Source: a virus
Length of the DNA: 64,000 bases
IMG/VR virus record: IMGVR_UViG_3300045988_175441
Coordinates: 1-64,000 of that record
Strand: one strand, 5' to 3'
Position numbers and translations under genes: made by a program
In this document: one piece after another, positions 24,944-33,157 of the stretch
Layout of the letters: every line of letters starts with the position of its first letter
How positions within the stretch are numbered: position 1 is the stretch's first letter
Notes under the pieces: model-generated
The model's database searches: none
Seen by the model: the letters and a program-made list of their open reading frames with translations, nothing else
Told to the model about the DNA's origin: nothing

Positions 24944-24975
24944 GCATATTATAGATTATTTAATATGCTTTTTTC
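24944..24975 (+). terminator. intrinsic terminator
   Basis: GCATATTA (24944-24951) / TAATATGC (24961-24968), followed by TTTTTT. Confidence 0.7.
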
Positions 24976-24986
24976 TTTCCTACCCC

Positions 24987-25015
24987 TTTATCTTATAAAG
25001 GTTTTATGTTATAAT
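24987..25015 (+). promoter_or_regulatory. extended -10 promoter (TGTTATAAT)
   Basis: -10 at 25010-25015 with TG at 25007-25008. Weak -35. Confidence 0.4.
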
Positions 25016-25047
25016 GAGTTTAAATAAAATTGAAAGGAGTTCGCTAT

Positions 25048-25458
25048 ATGTTGGATTTTGTTCACAACCGTAAAAAGGTTATGGAAATTATGGCAGAGGA
25101 CGCTCTAACAACTATGGACTTGTTAGAAAAGGTCAAGGCAGATACAAAACACCTTGGCTCTTTCGCAGGAGACGGTTTGCTCATTCCACCACCTGCAACA
25201 AGCTATGTTATCAACAAAGCTCTTGCTGTTTTGAATATGGATCAAAAAGACCTTATCAAAAACGCAGATGGATTGGATTCTGTTTCTAACTCAGCTAAAG
25301 AGGTCAAAGAAAGTATCCGTCTTATCACTACTGATTCTGATGACGTTGCCCTTGTCTCAGAAGAAGTATTCACAGTCATTTTTGACTATCTAACTGACGC
25401 TGTTCAGTCATTCGCCCAAAGTCTTGAAGATTTCGGACAAGAAAATAACAAAGAATAG
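25048..25458 (+). CDS. hypothetical acidic protein (136 aa)
   Basis: Trimmed to the ATG at 25048, 8 nt after GAAAGGAG. Confidence 0.6.
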   Translation: MLDFVHNRKKVMEIMAEDALTTMDLLEKVKADTKHLGSFAGDGLLIPPPATSYVINKALAVLNMDQKDLIKNADGLDSVSNSAKEVKESIRLITTDSDDVALVSEEVFTVIFDYLTDAVQSFAQSLEDFGQENNKE

Positions 25459-25487
25459 AAAGTCTTTCACTATTAGTAACTATCAGT

Positions 25488-25528
25488 AAAAAAGCAACTA
25501 TTTCTGGGAAGAAGTAGTTGCTTTTTTT
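25488..25528 (+). terminator. intrinsic terminator
   Basis: GCAACTA (25494-25500) / TAGTTGC (25515-25521), followed by T7. Confidence 0.7.
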
Positions 25529-25600
25529 ACACCCTCTAATTAGCCCCTAAAATCGCCTGTACGCCCTTTTAAGAAAAAGTGGTACATTTTATCGACTATA
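25529..25600 (-). repeat. dispersed non-coding repeat family, truncated copy C
   Basis: TAGCCCCTAAAATCGCCTGTACGCCCTTTTAAG matches the ATGCCCCTAAAATC...ACGCCCTTAAAA block of copy A. Confidence 0.5.
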
Positions 25601-25706
25601 CAAAAAAATCCCCTTCTGGAGCAACAGAGGGGCAAATAAAGCGTGCCTAGATGAACAACAACGATTTTTTAGAATAGGTCGCTTTTTTTATTTTTTAAGT
25701 TCCACA
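25601..25706 (-). ncRNA. candidate ~105-nt small RNA, or a long 3' UTR of the paralog operon
   Basis: Minus-strand TGGTATAAT (rc 25713-25721) lies upstream. A minus-strand terminator (CCCCTCTG / CAGAAGGGG, 25610-25632) is followed by T7. No ORF inside. Confidence 0.3.
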
Positions 25707-25758
25707 AGGACTATTATACCATAAAAAGCCTTTGAAATAAAGGGTTTATGATATTTTT

Positions 25759-26847
25759 TTAATAATATTTTGAGTTTTTTTGCACGTCATGAACAAGCTG
25801 TATCAAGCTGTGGTAGGCTTCTGCATTTTCTTCTTTAGCGTCAGTCAACTCCTGCGTTACGCTTTCTACCCCTCGGCTTAGTAGATAGAGCTGTCCTAAT
25901 TCGTTAAGAATACTGGTGTCTCCTTCTTCATGGATTGATTCAAGTCTAGCTTTTTCTTTCTCAACTACTTTTTTATAGTTGCCTAGAATCTCTAAGCATT
26001 GAGTGTGAGGTTTTAAAATGGTAAAATCTCCACCGTTCAAATAACTTTGATATTCTCCAAGTCCAAAATCACCTTCAAGCAATTCTCTGCCTAAAATCAT
26101 AGCCATTAAAGAGTGGCTAGAAACAATTAGAAAACTTTTGCCTAAGTTTAATAGCTCCTGAATATAGTTTTCATGAGCTATTCTAAAATCTTTGTCATAA
26201 CTCTTTGAAGATACATCAAACTCTAAAATATAGGTCATTCTGAATGAAGCATTACTTAATTTACACCTTGAACCATCTATCTTAGATATAGCTTTTTCGA
26301 TTGGAGCTTTGTATTCTTCTGGGAAAGGCGCTCTCTCAAATCCAAAAACGTCCTCTCCCTCTAGGATAAAATCCTCTAATTTTAGCAAGGGGTGCAACAG
26401 AAATATAGGGGAGTAAATCCTCACTTGCTCAATTTCTTCCAACATATTTTCAAGTTGGATTGCACCTGTACTCTTTACTTTGTCTCGTAGGTTCTCTAAG
26501 ACTATCTCGTTGAACCTTATATTCGATTGATTGATTACTACAGCCTTGATGACGGTTGAAAAATAATCACGAAAAGCACGAAAATCTGACTGGCTATTGA
26601 TAGTTTTACTTTTCGCCATTAAAACGATCATCAGGTCATTTTCGCTTTGTGAACCACTAACCAAGTCAAGCCTTCTCCATTGGCTATTCAATTCTTGGCT
26701 TTGACTTTCTGTTAGTACATTTTCTAAAGTCGCTTTTATTACGTCCAGTCTGCGTATGGCATCAAAATACATAGCAGTATGTTCAAATACATTGTAGGTT
26801 TCTTTTTGAAGCCTTTGAGTATATTCAACCTGAGTTTCCGTCAACAT
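25759..26847 (-). CDS. helical protein of unknown function, paralog 3 of 3 (362 aa)
   Basis: Same N-terminal ML(T/S)E.Q pattern, size and operon as the two upstream genes, but more divergent. Confidence 0.7.
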   Translation of the reverse strand: MLTETQVEYTQRLQKETYNVFEHTAMYFDAIRRLDVIKATLENVLTESQSQELNSQWRRLDLVSGSQSENDLMIVLMAKSKTINSQSDFRAFRDYFSTVIKAVVINQSNIRFNEIVLENLRDKVKSTGAIQLENMLEEIEQVRIYSPIFLLHPLLKLEDFILEGEDVFGFERAPFPEEYKAPIEKAISKIDGSRCKLSNASFRMTYILEFDVSSKSYDKDFRIAHENYIQELLNLGKSFLIVSSHSLMAMILGRELLEGDFGLGEYQSYLNGGDFTILKPHTQCLEILGNYKKVVEKEKARLESIHEEGDTSILNELGQLYLLSRGVESVTQELTDAKEENAEAYHSLIQLVHDVQKNSKYY

Positions 26848-26868
26848 ATTAGACTTCCCCCTGTTTTA

Positions 26869-27969
26869 TTAGATTCTAGCCACTTCTAGCAATTTTTCTT
26901 TCAGAACTGTCAAACACTCCAAGTAATAACGAGGACACATTTCTGCCATTTTTAACACAGTTTCCAGTTGATAGGCAAGTGCGCTAAGTGTTTCAATACC
27001 AATATCAAACTTACTGTCATTTTTTTCTTCACGTTCTGCTTCTAAACGTTGGAGTTCTTTTTTTGTAGATTTGTATAATGATTCAAGTTCATTTGCGTTA
27101 GTTCTGTATGACAACATAAACTTGTCATGTTCTGCGTTTAAAGTTAATTTTGCAAAGACAAAAATACTACTTTGTCCATTGATAAGACGCTCAATTTTTT
27201 CACAAATTACTTGAATATCACTACATACCGTTGAACTTTCCTGATTTACCTTTTGGATAGTGGCGTAAGAATTACTGTAGGCATTTTTAAAATCTTTTGA
27301 ATAGATTTTATCTTGAAGGTCATCTTCTGAGGGCATATTCTTAGTGGCAACATAGGCAAGCTCCATATCATTATACACCTCTCTCATGCTCTTAGAAATG
27401 GCTTCAAACTCAGGATTGTATTTATCAGGGATAGCATAATCAGGGTAATCAAAAAATGGTCGTAGTCCTTCAATATCACTTTCTAGTTCTACCAAAGGCG
27501 TAATAATGTTGTTATTAAGAACACCAAACATTTCAAATAACTCTGTCAGGTTATTTGATAAGTATTCTTTTGCGTCCGTACCATCAACCCTTTTCAAAAC
27601 ATCTTCAACTATTTCAATGTTTTCGTTAAGATTTTTACGAGTTTCATAGACTTTATTTAATACCTCTGAATAGGTAAGGCGTAAATCAGAATAATCTAGT
27701 TTACTTGTGAGAAAATGGGCTTTTTGCCTTAATTCGTCAATATAATTATTTACCTTATTGAGATTAGTTGGTGCGATTGCAGTATTTTTCCATTTAATAT
27801 ACAATTCTGCTAATAATTTATCCTTATCTTCTTCAAATAACAATGAGTGCTTAAAACAATCTGGGTAAAGAAGAAGTTTATAAAAATAATCGTCATTACT
27901 AATATCTACTAGTCTTTTAAAAGCACTTGCTAACTCTTGGATTTTTTCTTCTTGTTGTTCAGTAAGCAT
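26869..27969 (-). CDS. helical protein of unknown function, paralog 2 of 3 (366 aa)
   Basis: Shares TVCSDIQ..CE.I.RL, KKELQRLEAEREEK.DSK.D.GIET and MAE.CP.YY with 28002-29117. Confidence 0.75.
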   Translation of the reverse strand: MLTEQQEEKIQELASAFKRLVDISNDDYFYKLLLYPDCFKHSLLFEEDKDKLLAELYIKWKNTAIAPTNLNKVNNYIDELRQKAHFLTSKLDYSDLRLTYSEVLNKVYETRKNLNENIEIVEDVLKRVDGTDAKEYLSNNLTELFEMFGVLNNNIITPLVELESDIEGLRPFFDYPDYAIPDKYNPEFEAISKSMREVYNDMELAYVATKNMPSEDDLQDKIYSKDFKNAYSNSYATIQKVNQESSTVCSDIQVICEKIERLINGQSSIFVFAKLTLNAEHDKFMLSYRTNANELESLYKSTKKELQRLEAEREEKNDSKFDIGIETLSALAYQLETVLKMAEMCPRYYLECLTVLKEKLLEVARI

Positions 27970-28001
27970 AATTTTACTCTACTTTCTTTCCTGTATATCC
28001 T

Positions 28002-29117
28002 TTAGACAATCCCTTGCTCTAGCAACTCTTTACTTGCTACAGTCAAGTTGGCTTTCAATGCTGTTAAGTTGTTCATGTAGTGGTAAGGGCATTTTTCTGC
28101 CATTTCAAGAATACTGTTGAGCTGACGAACTAACAAATTGATTGTCTCAATCCCTTCATCAAGTTTGCTATCTTTCTTTTCCTCACGTTCTGCTTCTAGG
28201 CGTTGAAGCTCTTTTTTAGCAGAATGAAGGAGTGGTTCAAGCTCTTTTGCATGGTTTCTATACGATACGATCATTTCGTCATAGTTTGCACTTGCAAATG
28301 AACCTACAAAGTCATAGACACTACTTTCTCCGTCCAAAAGACGTTTGATACGTTCACAAAGACCTTGAATATCTGAGCATACAGTCAAACTAGTTTGTTC
28401 TACGCTCTGAATAGTTGAATTAGCAACGCTATAGGCAATAAAGAAGTCGTCAGAAAAAATAGTTTTGTTCAGGTCATCTTCCTGTGGCGCGTGTTTTGAA
28501 GCGTTGTAAGCAATAACCATATCGTTATAAACTCCACCTAGACACTCAGAAACAGTTTCTACTGCTGTTCGGTATTTCTCAGGTAGGTTGGAAGGAGCAA
28601 GGTCAAAGCTCTCTTGAATTTTTACAATTCCCCCTTCCAAACCAAGCAACGGTGCAATAATACTATTGTTTAAAATTTCGTAGATACCATGTAATGTTTG
28701 AAGGCTTTGCGTAATTCTTGCTCTAGTATCTTCAACATAAACGTGTTTTAAAGTTTCATTGACTTTCTCAATGTTCGCAAGCAAGTTCGCTCGGATTTTG
28801 TAAAGTTGATCCGTGGTATCTAAATATTGCAAACGGAAGGAAAGGTAGTCTGCATTGGTACGGATATAGGCAACTTTGTTAGCTAAGTCTTGAATAAGTT
28901 CATCTCCACTATCCAAAGATGGATAAAGAGAATCATTTTTCCAGTTTTCTTCTAGTTCATCTGCTAAATCTTCCTTTCCACCATCACGCAAAGCCCAAAG
29001 GATTTCATCTGGGAACATACACGTCTCAGAATGGTATTTATCCTCTACAATTATTGCAATGTTACGAAAAGCTCCTGCTGTCTCATAAGCAAAGTCTCGT
29101 TGTTTTTCACTTAACAT
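28002..29117 (-). CDS. helical protein of unknown function, paralog 1 of 3 (371 aa)
   Basis: See paralog 2. RBS is AACGAGGTATAAACC. Confidence 0.75.
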   Translation of the reverse strand: MLSEKQRDFAYETAGAFRNIAIIVEDKYHSETCMFPDEILWALRDGGKEDLADELEENWKNDSLYPSLDSGDELIQDLANKVAYIRTNADYLSFRLQYLDTTDQLYKIRANLLANIEKVNETLKHVYVEDTRARITQSLQTLHGIYEILNNSIIAPLLGLEGGIVKIQESFDLAPSNLPEKYRTAVETVSECLGGVYNDMVIAYNASKHAPQEDDLNKTIFSDDFFIAYSVANSTIQSVEQTSLTVCSDIQGLCERIKRLLDGESSVYDFVGSFASANYDEMIVSYRNHAKELEPLLHSAKKELQRLEAEREEKKDSKLDEGIETINLLVRQLNSILEMAEKCPYHYMNNLTALKANLTVASKELLEQGIV

Positions 29118-29151
29118 GGTTTATACCTCGTTTTTCTATTTTTATATTTCT

Positions 29152-29191
29152 AGTATAGCTCATGTTTTTATTTTTGTGTGAACAGGCTCAT
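29152..29191 (-). promoter_or_regulatory. class-3 promoter with dyad box ATGAGCCTGTTCAC
   Basis: The minus strand reads ATGAGCCTGTTCAC (rc 29178-29191), 20 nt, then TATACTAGA (-10 rc 29152-29157). The same architecture occurs at 53818-53857. Confidence 0.55.
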
Positions 29192-29283
29192 AAAAAAAGA
29201 CTGTTTACATTTTTTCCTGAAAGTGGGGTAAAATAAAAATTGTTTTTAAAAAGGGGAGCTTTTATTTATTTACTCTCTCTCTC

Positions 29284-29311
29284 AATAATAATAGATATAG
29301 ATATATATAGA
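29284..29311. promoter_or_regulatory. AT-rich (TA)n tract, candidate DNA-unwinding element
   Basis: AATAATAATAGATATAGATATATATAG lies about 50 bp from the iterons. Confidence 0.4.
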
Positions 29312-29363
29312 GACGATTTTGACACCCTCTAAAAGCGCATGGTTGAGCGATTCTATTTTTATT

Positions 29364-29517
29364 GCACAACCGAAAACTGGGGTTTGCACAACCGAAAACT
29401 GGGGTTTGCACAACCGAAAACTGGGGTTTGCACAACCGAAAACTGGGGTTTGCACAACCGAAAACTGGGGTTTGCACAACCGAAAACTGGGGTTTGCACA
29501 ACCGAAAACTGGGGGTT
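29364..29517 (+). repeat. seven tandem 22-bp iterons (GCACAACCGAAAACTGGGGTTT), theta-replication origin
   Basis: Six perfect copies plus a seventh with one extra G. They lie directly upstream of the rep gene. Confidence 0.92.
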
Positions 29518-29657
29518 TTTCGTAATAATATAACTAAAATTATGCTAGTTGGCATAAACAAAGGGAGCAAAAACGTTTTAAATTATATAAATACAAGCGA
29601 TTATAGACAAAAAGCGTATAAAAAATAAAAAAAGTTAAACAACTTATAACTAAATGG

Positions 29658-29686
29658 TTGTTATCTTTTAGAAAATGTTATATACT
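29658..29686 (+). promoter_or_regulatory. rep promoter candidate
   Basis: TTGTTA (29658-29663), 17-nt spacer, TATACT (29681-29686). Confidence 0.5.
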
Positions 29687-29717
29687 AGGTTCGTAAATAC
29701 AAGGAAAGATGATTATT

Positions 29718-31058
29718 ATGAGTGAATTAACAGAAAAAACAAACGAATTAGTGGAGAATCAGTCTGTTACAGATTTAATTGATAAGCAGAGAAACATTCT
29801 TGCTAAGAGTAAAATTCTAAAGCTATCTAACCTAGCAAATAGAATGACACCAATCCAGAATGCTATTTTCTCTTTAGCCTTACGAAATGTAGTAATTGAT
29901 GGGGATAGAGCTATAACAGAAGTTCAGGTATCAGAACTCCTAGAATTGATTAAAAGTTCTGAGTATAGCAAATTCAACAGAACAGCAATCAATAGAGATA
30001 AAAAAGCTATACAAGAAAACCATATCAATCTAATTGATGAAAAATTCTATGACAATGATCCAAATGGAAAATCAATATCAATAGGACTTTTTAGCTATTT
30101 TGAATATGAGCGAGGAAAGTTTATAGGAGTATTTAATTCTACTCCTGACCGTAAAGGAAAGACACCTATTCTTGATATTTTAAAATCTCAGGAAGTAAAT
30201 CCCTTGATGTATAACCTTAATACATTTTCAAAGTTATCTCCATCAGGTCAAATGTTATACGAGGAGCTTTTAATTTTTAGTGGACAGAATATTCGGTCTG
30301 CAAAATATGATATTGAAGGGTTGAAACAGTTGTTTAAGTCTAACGGAAAATCCATGAACCGTTACTACACTATCAATCAAAAGCACCTAAAAGGAGCGAT
30401 TGAAGATATTAACAAATATACTGATATGGACTTAGTTGTTAAACCTGTAAAAGAAGGGCGAGCTGTTACTGGGATTGAATTAGTCTGGTCTATTGATAAG
30501 ATTAAGTTGCAGGCTACTGAAGATCAACGTAAGACGCTACATGAATTGTATGTTCAACTTAAAAAACTAGAACCTACCTCAAAAGAAGATTTGTCTTTAT
30601 TGTATAGACTTGAAAATCCTCACTTGGTAAGTAAACAGGAAGCGCAAGGGCTTATTTCGATAGCTATTGGACGAGTAAGAAGTTTAGCTATTGAACAACA
30701 ACCTGCACTACCAAGTGTTCCAGAGAGAAAAGTAGTTGCTGATGTTGAGAAAGTAAAAGAGTTGTTCCCAAGTGTGGAGAAAAGACAACTTAATCTAGTT
30801 GCTACAACTATGCAGGACTTTCCAGAGGAAGAACAGGACGCTATCTTAGAGTATGCTTTGTTTTTAGGTAAACATAATAACGCTAGAAGCGTGAAATATA
30901 TCCTACACCTTCTTAATGGTTGGTTTATCGAGGGGATAAAAACAAAAGCTCAAGCAGTTGCCCTTCACGACCAAAACTACGGAGAACCCCTACCAGATGT
31001 TAGCAAGATAGAAATTTCAGATGAATTTAGAAATGCTATGGACTTATGGAAGGACTAA
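29718..31058 (+). CDS. replication initiator: Rep_3-like iteron-binding N-terminal region fused to a DnaD/DnaB_2-like C-terminal domain (446 aa)
   Basis: Positioned after the iterons. KLSNLANRMTPIQNAIFSLALRNV resembles the Rep_3 N-terminal signature. C-terminal SVKYILHLLNGWFIEGIKTKAQAVAL resembles the DnaD-like Yi..iL..W...gi.T motif. The second ATG was chosen for its 12-nt spacing from AAGGA. Confidence 0.75.
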   Translation: MSELTEKTNELVENQSVTDLIDKQRNILAKSKILKLSNLANRMTPIQNAIFSLALRNVVIDGDRAITEVQVSELLELIKSSEYSKFNRTAINRDKKAIQENHINLIDEKFYDNDPNGKSISIGLFSYFEYERGKFIGVFNSTPDRKGKTPILDILKSQEVNPLMYNLNTFSKLSPSGQMLYEELLIFSGQNIRSAKYDIEGLKQLFKSNGKSMNRYYTINQKHLKGAIEDINKYTDMDLVVKPVKEGRAVTGIELVWSIDKIKLQATEDQRKTLHELYVQLKKLEPTSKEDLSLLYRLENPHLVSKQEAQGLISIAIGRVRSLAIEQQPALPSVPERKVVADVEKVKELFPSVEKRQLNLVATTMQDFPEEEQDAILEYALFLGKHNNARSVKYILHLLNGWFIEGIKTKAQAVALHDQNYGEPLPDVSKIEISDEFRNAMDLWKD

Positions 31059-31061
31059 GCA

Positions 31062-31529
31062 ATGAAAATTCTAGCGATTGATCCATCTTCAAATTTTTAC
31101 GAAACGTCCACAACAGGTATTATCCTACTAGACAACGAGGTTGAAATAAACCATTGGCTAGTAGGATATGGACGTGAAAATTTCAAGGCTTGGTATGATG
31201 AAATAGGCAAGAGCCTTGACTATGACGTGGTTGTAACGGAAAAGTTCACGGTCAGAGAGAATGACAGGGCAAGGGATAACACTCCTATCCAGACAATCGA
31301 AATGATACAAAAATGCTTCCCTGACACGAAGCTGATTAGTAACAACGAATATAAAACGACTGTTCCTGATGAACTACTTAAACTCTTGAACCTATGGAAG
31401 TTCCCTGAAAATGGCAACCACAATGACTTGCGAGCGTCTGCAAGAATTGGCTTGCATTGGGCGATTATGACCGAACAAAGAGAGGTTATACAAGCTATCG
31501 GCAAGAGGGTTATCCCTGAACAAAAATAA
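31062..31529 (+). CDS. RuvC-like Holliday junction resolvase (155 aa)
   Basis: MKILAIDPSS...GIILL, VVVTEKF and NHNDLRASARIG fit the RNase H-fold acidic residues of RuvC-type resolvases. Confidence 0.55.
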   Translation: MKILAIDPSSNFYETSTTGIILLDNEVEINHWLVGYGRENFKAWYDEIGKSLDYDVVVTEKFTVRENDRARDNTPIQTIEMIQKCFPDTKLISNNEYKTTVPDELLKLLNLWKFPENGNHNDLRASARIGLHWAIMTEQREVIQAIGKRVIPEQK

Positions 31530-31532
31530 AAA

Positions 31533-31558
31533 GTTAGAGAAAACTCTAGCTTTTTTTC
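31533..31558 (+). terminator. weak intrinsic terminator
   Basis: TAGAG / CTCTA stem followed by T7. Confidence 0.4.
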
Positions 31559-31574
31559 TTTTCTGTGATATAAT
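31546..31574 (+). promoter_or_regulatory. extended -10 promoter (TGATATAAT)
   Basis: -10 at 31569-31574 preceded by TGA. The leader has the hairpin AGTCC/GGACT. Confidence 0.45.
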
Positions 31575-31629
31575 TCATTTATAAGAACAAAGTCCTTTCG
31601 CGGACTAATAATTATCAAAAGGAGAACAG

Positions 31630-31830
31630 ATGGAAGTAAAAGCACTACCACTAAGGGCATGGTTAGCATGGAAAAAAATCAGTCATAAGGAATTGGCTGA
31701 AATTGTAGATGTTTCCCCAAGGTCAGTCTCTAAATGGGCGACAGAGGGGTTAGTTCCACTACCAAAGCACCAACGCAGAATTGCAGAAGCTCTAGGAGTT
31801 GAACTAGAGCAGATTGATTTTAAAAATTAA
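31630..31830 (+). CDS. XRE/Cro-like HTH regulator (66 aa)
   Basis: ISHKELAEIVDVSPRSVSKWATEG is an HTH. RBS is AAAAGGAGAACAG. Confidence 0.6.
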   Translation: MEVKALPLRAWLAWKKISHKELAEIVDVSPRSVSKWATEGLVPLPKHQRRIAEALGVELEQIDFKN

Positions 31831-31845
31831 AGAGAGGACTAAATT

Positions 31846-32478
31846 ATGGCAAAGAAAACAAAAGAACCGTTTGATCCAAGCGCTTGGTTGAATGAAGCGC
31901 CTGCAACCAAGGAAGAAAAGCGAGAGAAACGCAAGGCAGAGCGTGAAGAAAAGAAAAAAGAGGGCAACAAGAAAGCTACAATCCCTAAGAAGAAAAAAGA
32001 AAAAGAGAATGACAACAAATTTAATCTGAAATATGGTATCTTTGTAGGAGCTTGTGTTGTAGCATTGGCAGGTTCAGGAGCTTGGGCTTTTGTTTCTCAT
32101 AATGGGAACGCTAAATACAATGCTGACCTGATTGCTACTGCTAAGTCAGAGGTTGAAAAAGCTAAAGAGGAAGCAGAGCAAGAGGAAGAAAAGAAATACA
32201 GCCTTACGAAAGAGGAGTATGAGAAGAACGTTGATACAATTACAAAGAGTATCAAGACACTTTCTAAGAAAGACAATGGCGACTTAACAGGTTACTTTAC
32301 GTCTAACAACAAAATCTACAAGGTTATCACTTATGACCGTGAGACAGGGCAGATGTACGTTGTAGAAACAGACGAAAAGAACAAAGACAAAGACGTTAAT
32401 AGCAATGGTAAACCATTATCTCTAAACAAGGATTGGATCAACACGCTAGTTGTACGTCTTGAAGCGCAAAAAAATTGA
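31846..32478 (+). CDS. bitopic Lys/Glu-rich protein (210 aa), paralog of the C-terminal part of 15975-17234
   Basis: One TM (YGIFVGACVVALAGSGAWAFV). Shares the DLTGYFT..NK.Y....YD..TG domain. Confidence 0.65.
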   Translation: MAKKTKEPFDPSAWLNEAPATKEEKREKRKAEREEKKKEGNKKATIPKKKKEKENDNKFNLKYGIFVGACVVALAGSGAWAFVSHNGNAKYNADLIATAKSEVEKAKEEAEQEEEKKYSLTKEEYEKNVDTITKSIKTLSKKDNGDLTGYFTSNNKIYKVITYDRETGQMYVVETDEKNKDKDVNSNGKPLSLNKDWINTLVVRLEAQKN

Positions 32479-32495
32479 TAAGGAAGGTTGATTGA

Positions 32496-33101
32496 ATGAT
32501 TGAGTATTTTAAAAATCTATCTAATCGTGCTAAAGTTATCTGGTCTCTTTCGACTGTAGGAGTGATTGCTGTTGGGGTAACAGCCTTTATCTGGTTATCT
32601 CCTAAACCAAGTGCAGGAACAGACTTTCAACTAAAGGAAAGTACAGGAGTAGTCACTACTACTGAACCTTCCTCAACTACTGAAATCTCAGAGAAACCTG
32701 CTTCTTACTACAACGACACTCACGCAAGAGCAGTTGAGAAGTTAGAGAAGCCAACAGAGGAAATCTCAGGCGAAAAGAGAGAAAAAGTCAAGGCAGGCAT
32801 TGAAAGAGCGATTGCAGGATTGAAGAAAAATCCTGAGAACGTGGGTAGTGTTCAAGGTGGTTATAGCCCTACTACAAACTATATGGTACAGGGAATGCAC
32901 CAAGCTCTTGAAGCAGGGTACGAAGTGAAGATAGATACACTTACGACTACAAAAAGCAACCATGAGCATATCTATCAATTTGCAGTTGATATGGTTAGAA
33001 AAAAGGATAATAATTCTGTAACAGTTACAGGAAACTACAGCGAAGAATTGAACCAAATTCAATTTTCTATCCTTGTAGGAGATATTCAGATTCAAAACTA
33101 A
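32496..33101 (+). CDS. N-terminally anchored protein (201 aa), paralog of 12249-12809
   Basis: See 12249-12809. Confidence 0.65.
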   Translation: MIEYFKNLSNRAKVIWSLSTVGVIAVGVTAFIWLSPKPSAGTDFQLKESTGVVTTTEPSSTTEISEKPASYYNDTHARAVEKLEKPTEEISGEKREKVKAGIERAIAGLKKNPENVGSVQGGYSPTTNYMVQGMHQALEAGYEVKIDTLTTTKSNHEHIYQFAVDMVRKKDNNSVTVTGNYSEELNQIQFSILVGDIQIQN

Positions 33102-33157
33102 CCACACGATTATAAAATGCGACAACACAAAGAATAATCGGAAGGTAGAGAAATTTA

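Noticed and set aside
29262-29628. Five overlapping ORFs (29262-29570 and 29282-29479 on the minus strand; 29319-29525, 29339-29533 and 29362-29628 on the plus strand) with repetitive peptides such as TENWGLHNRKLGFAQPKTGVC.
   Set aside because: They are translations of the seven 22-bp iterons. A 22-nt period keeps all frames open. They have no RBS and lie in the origin. The array was also considered as a CRISPR array and rejected, because the repeats are contiguous with no spacers.
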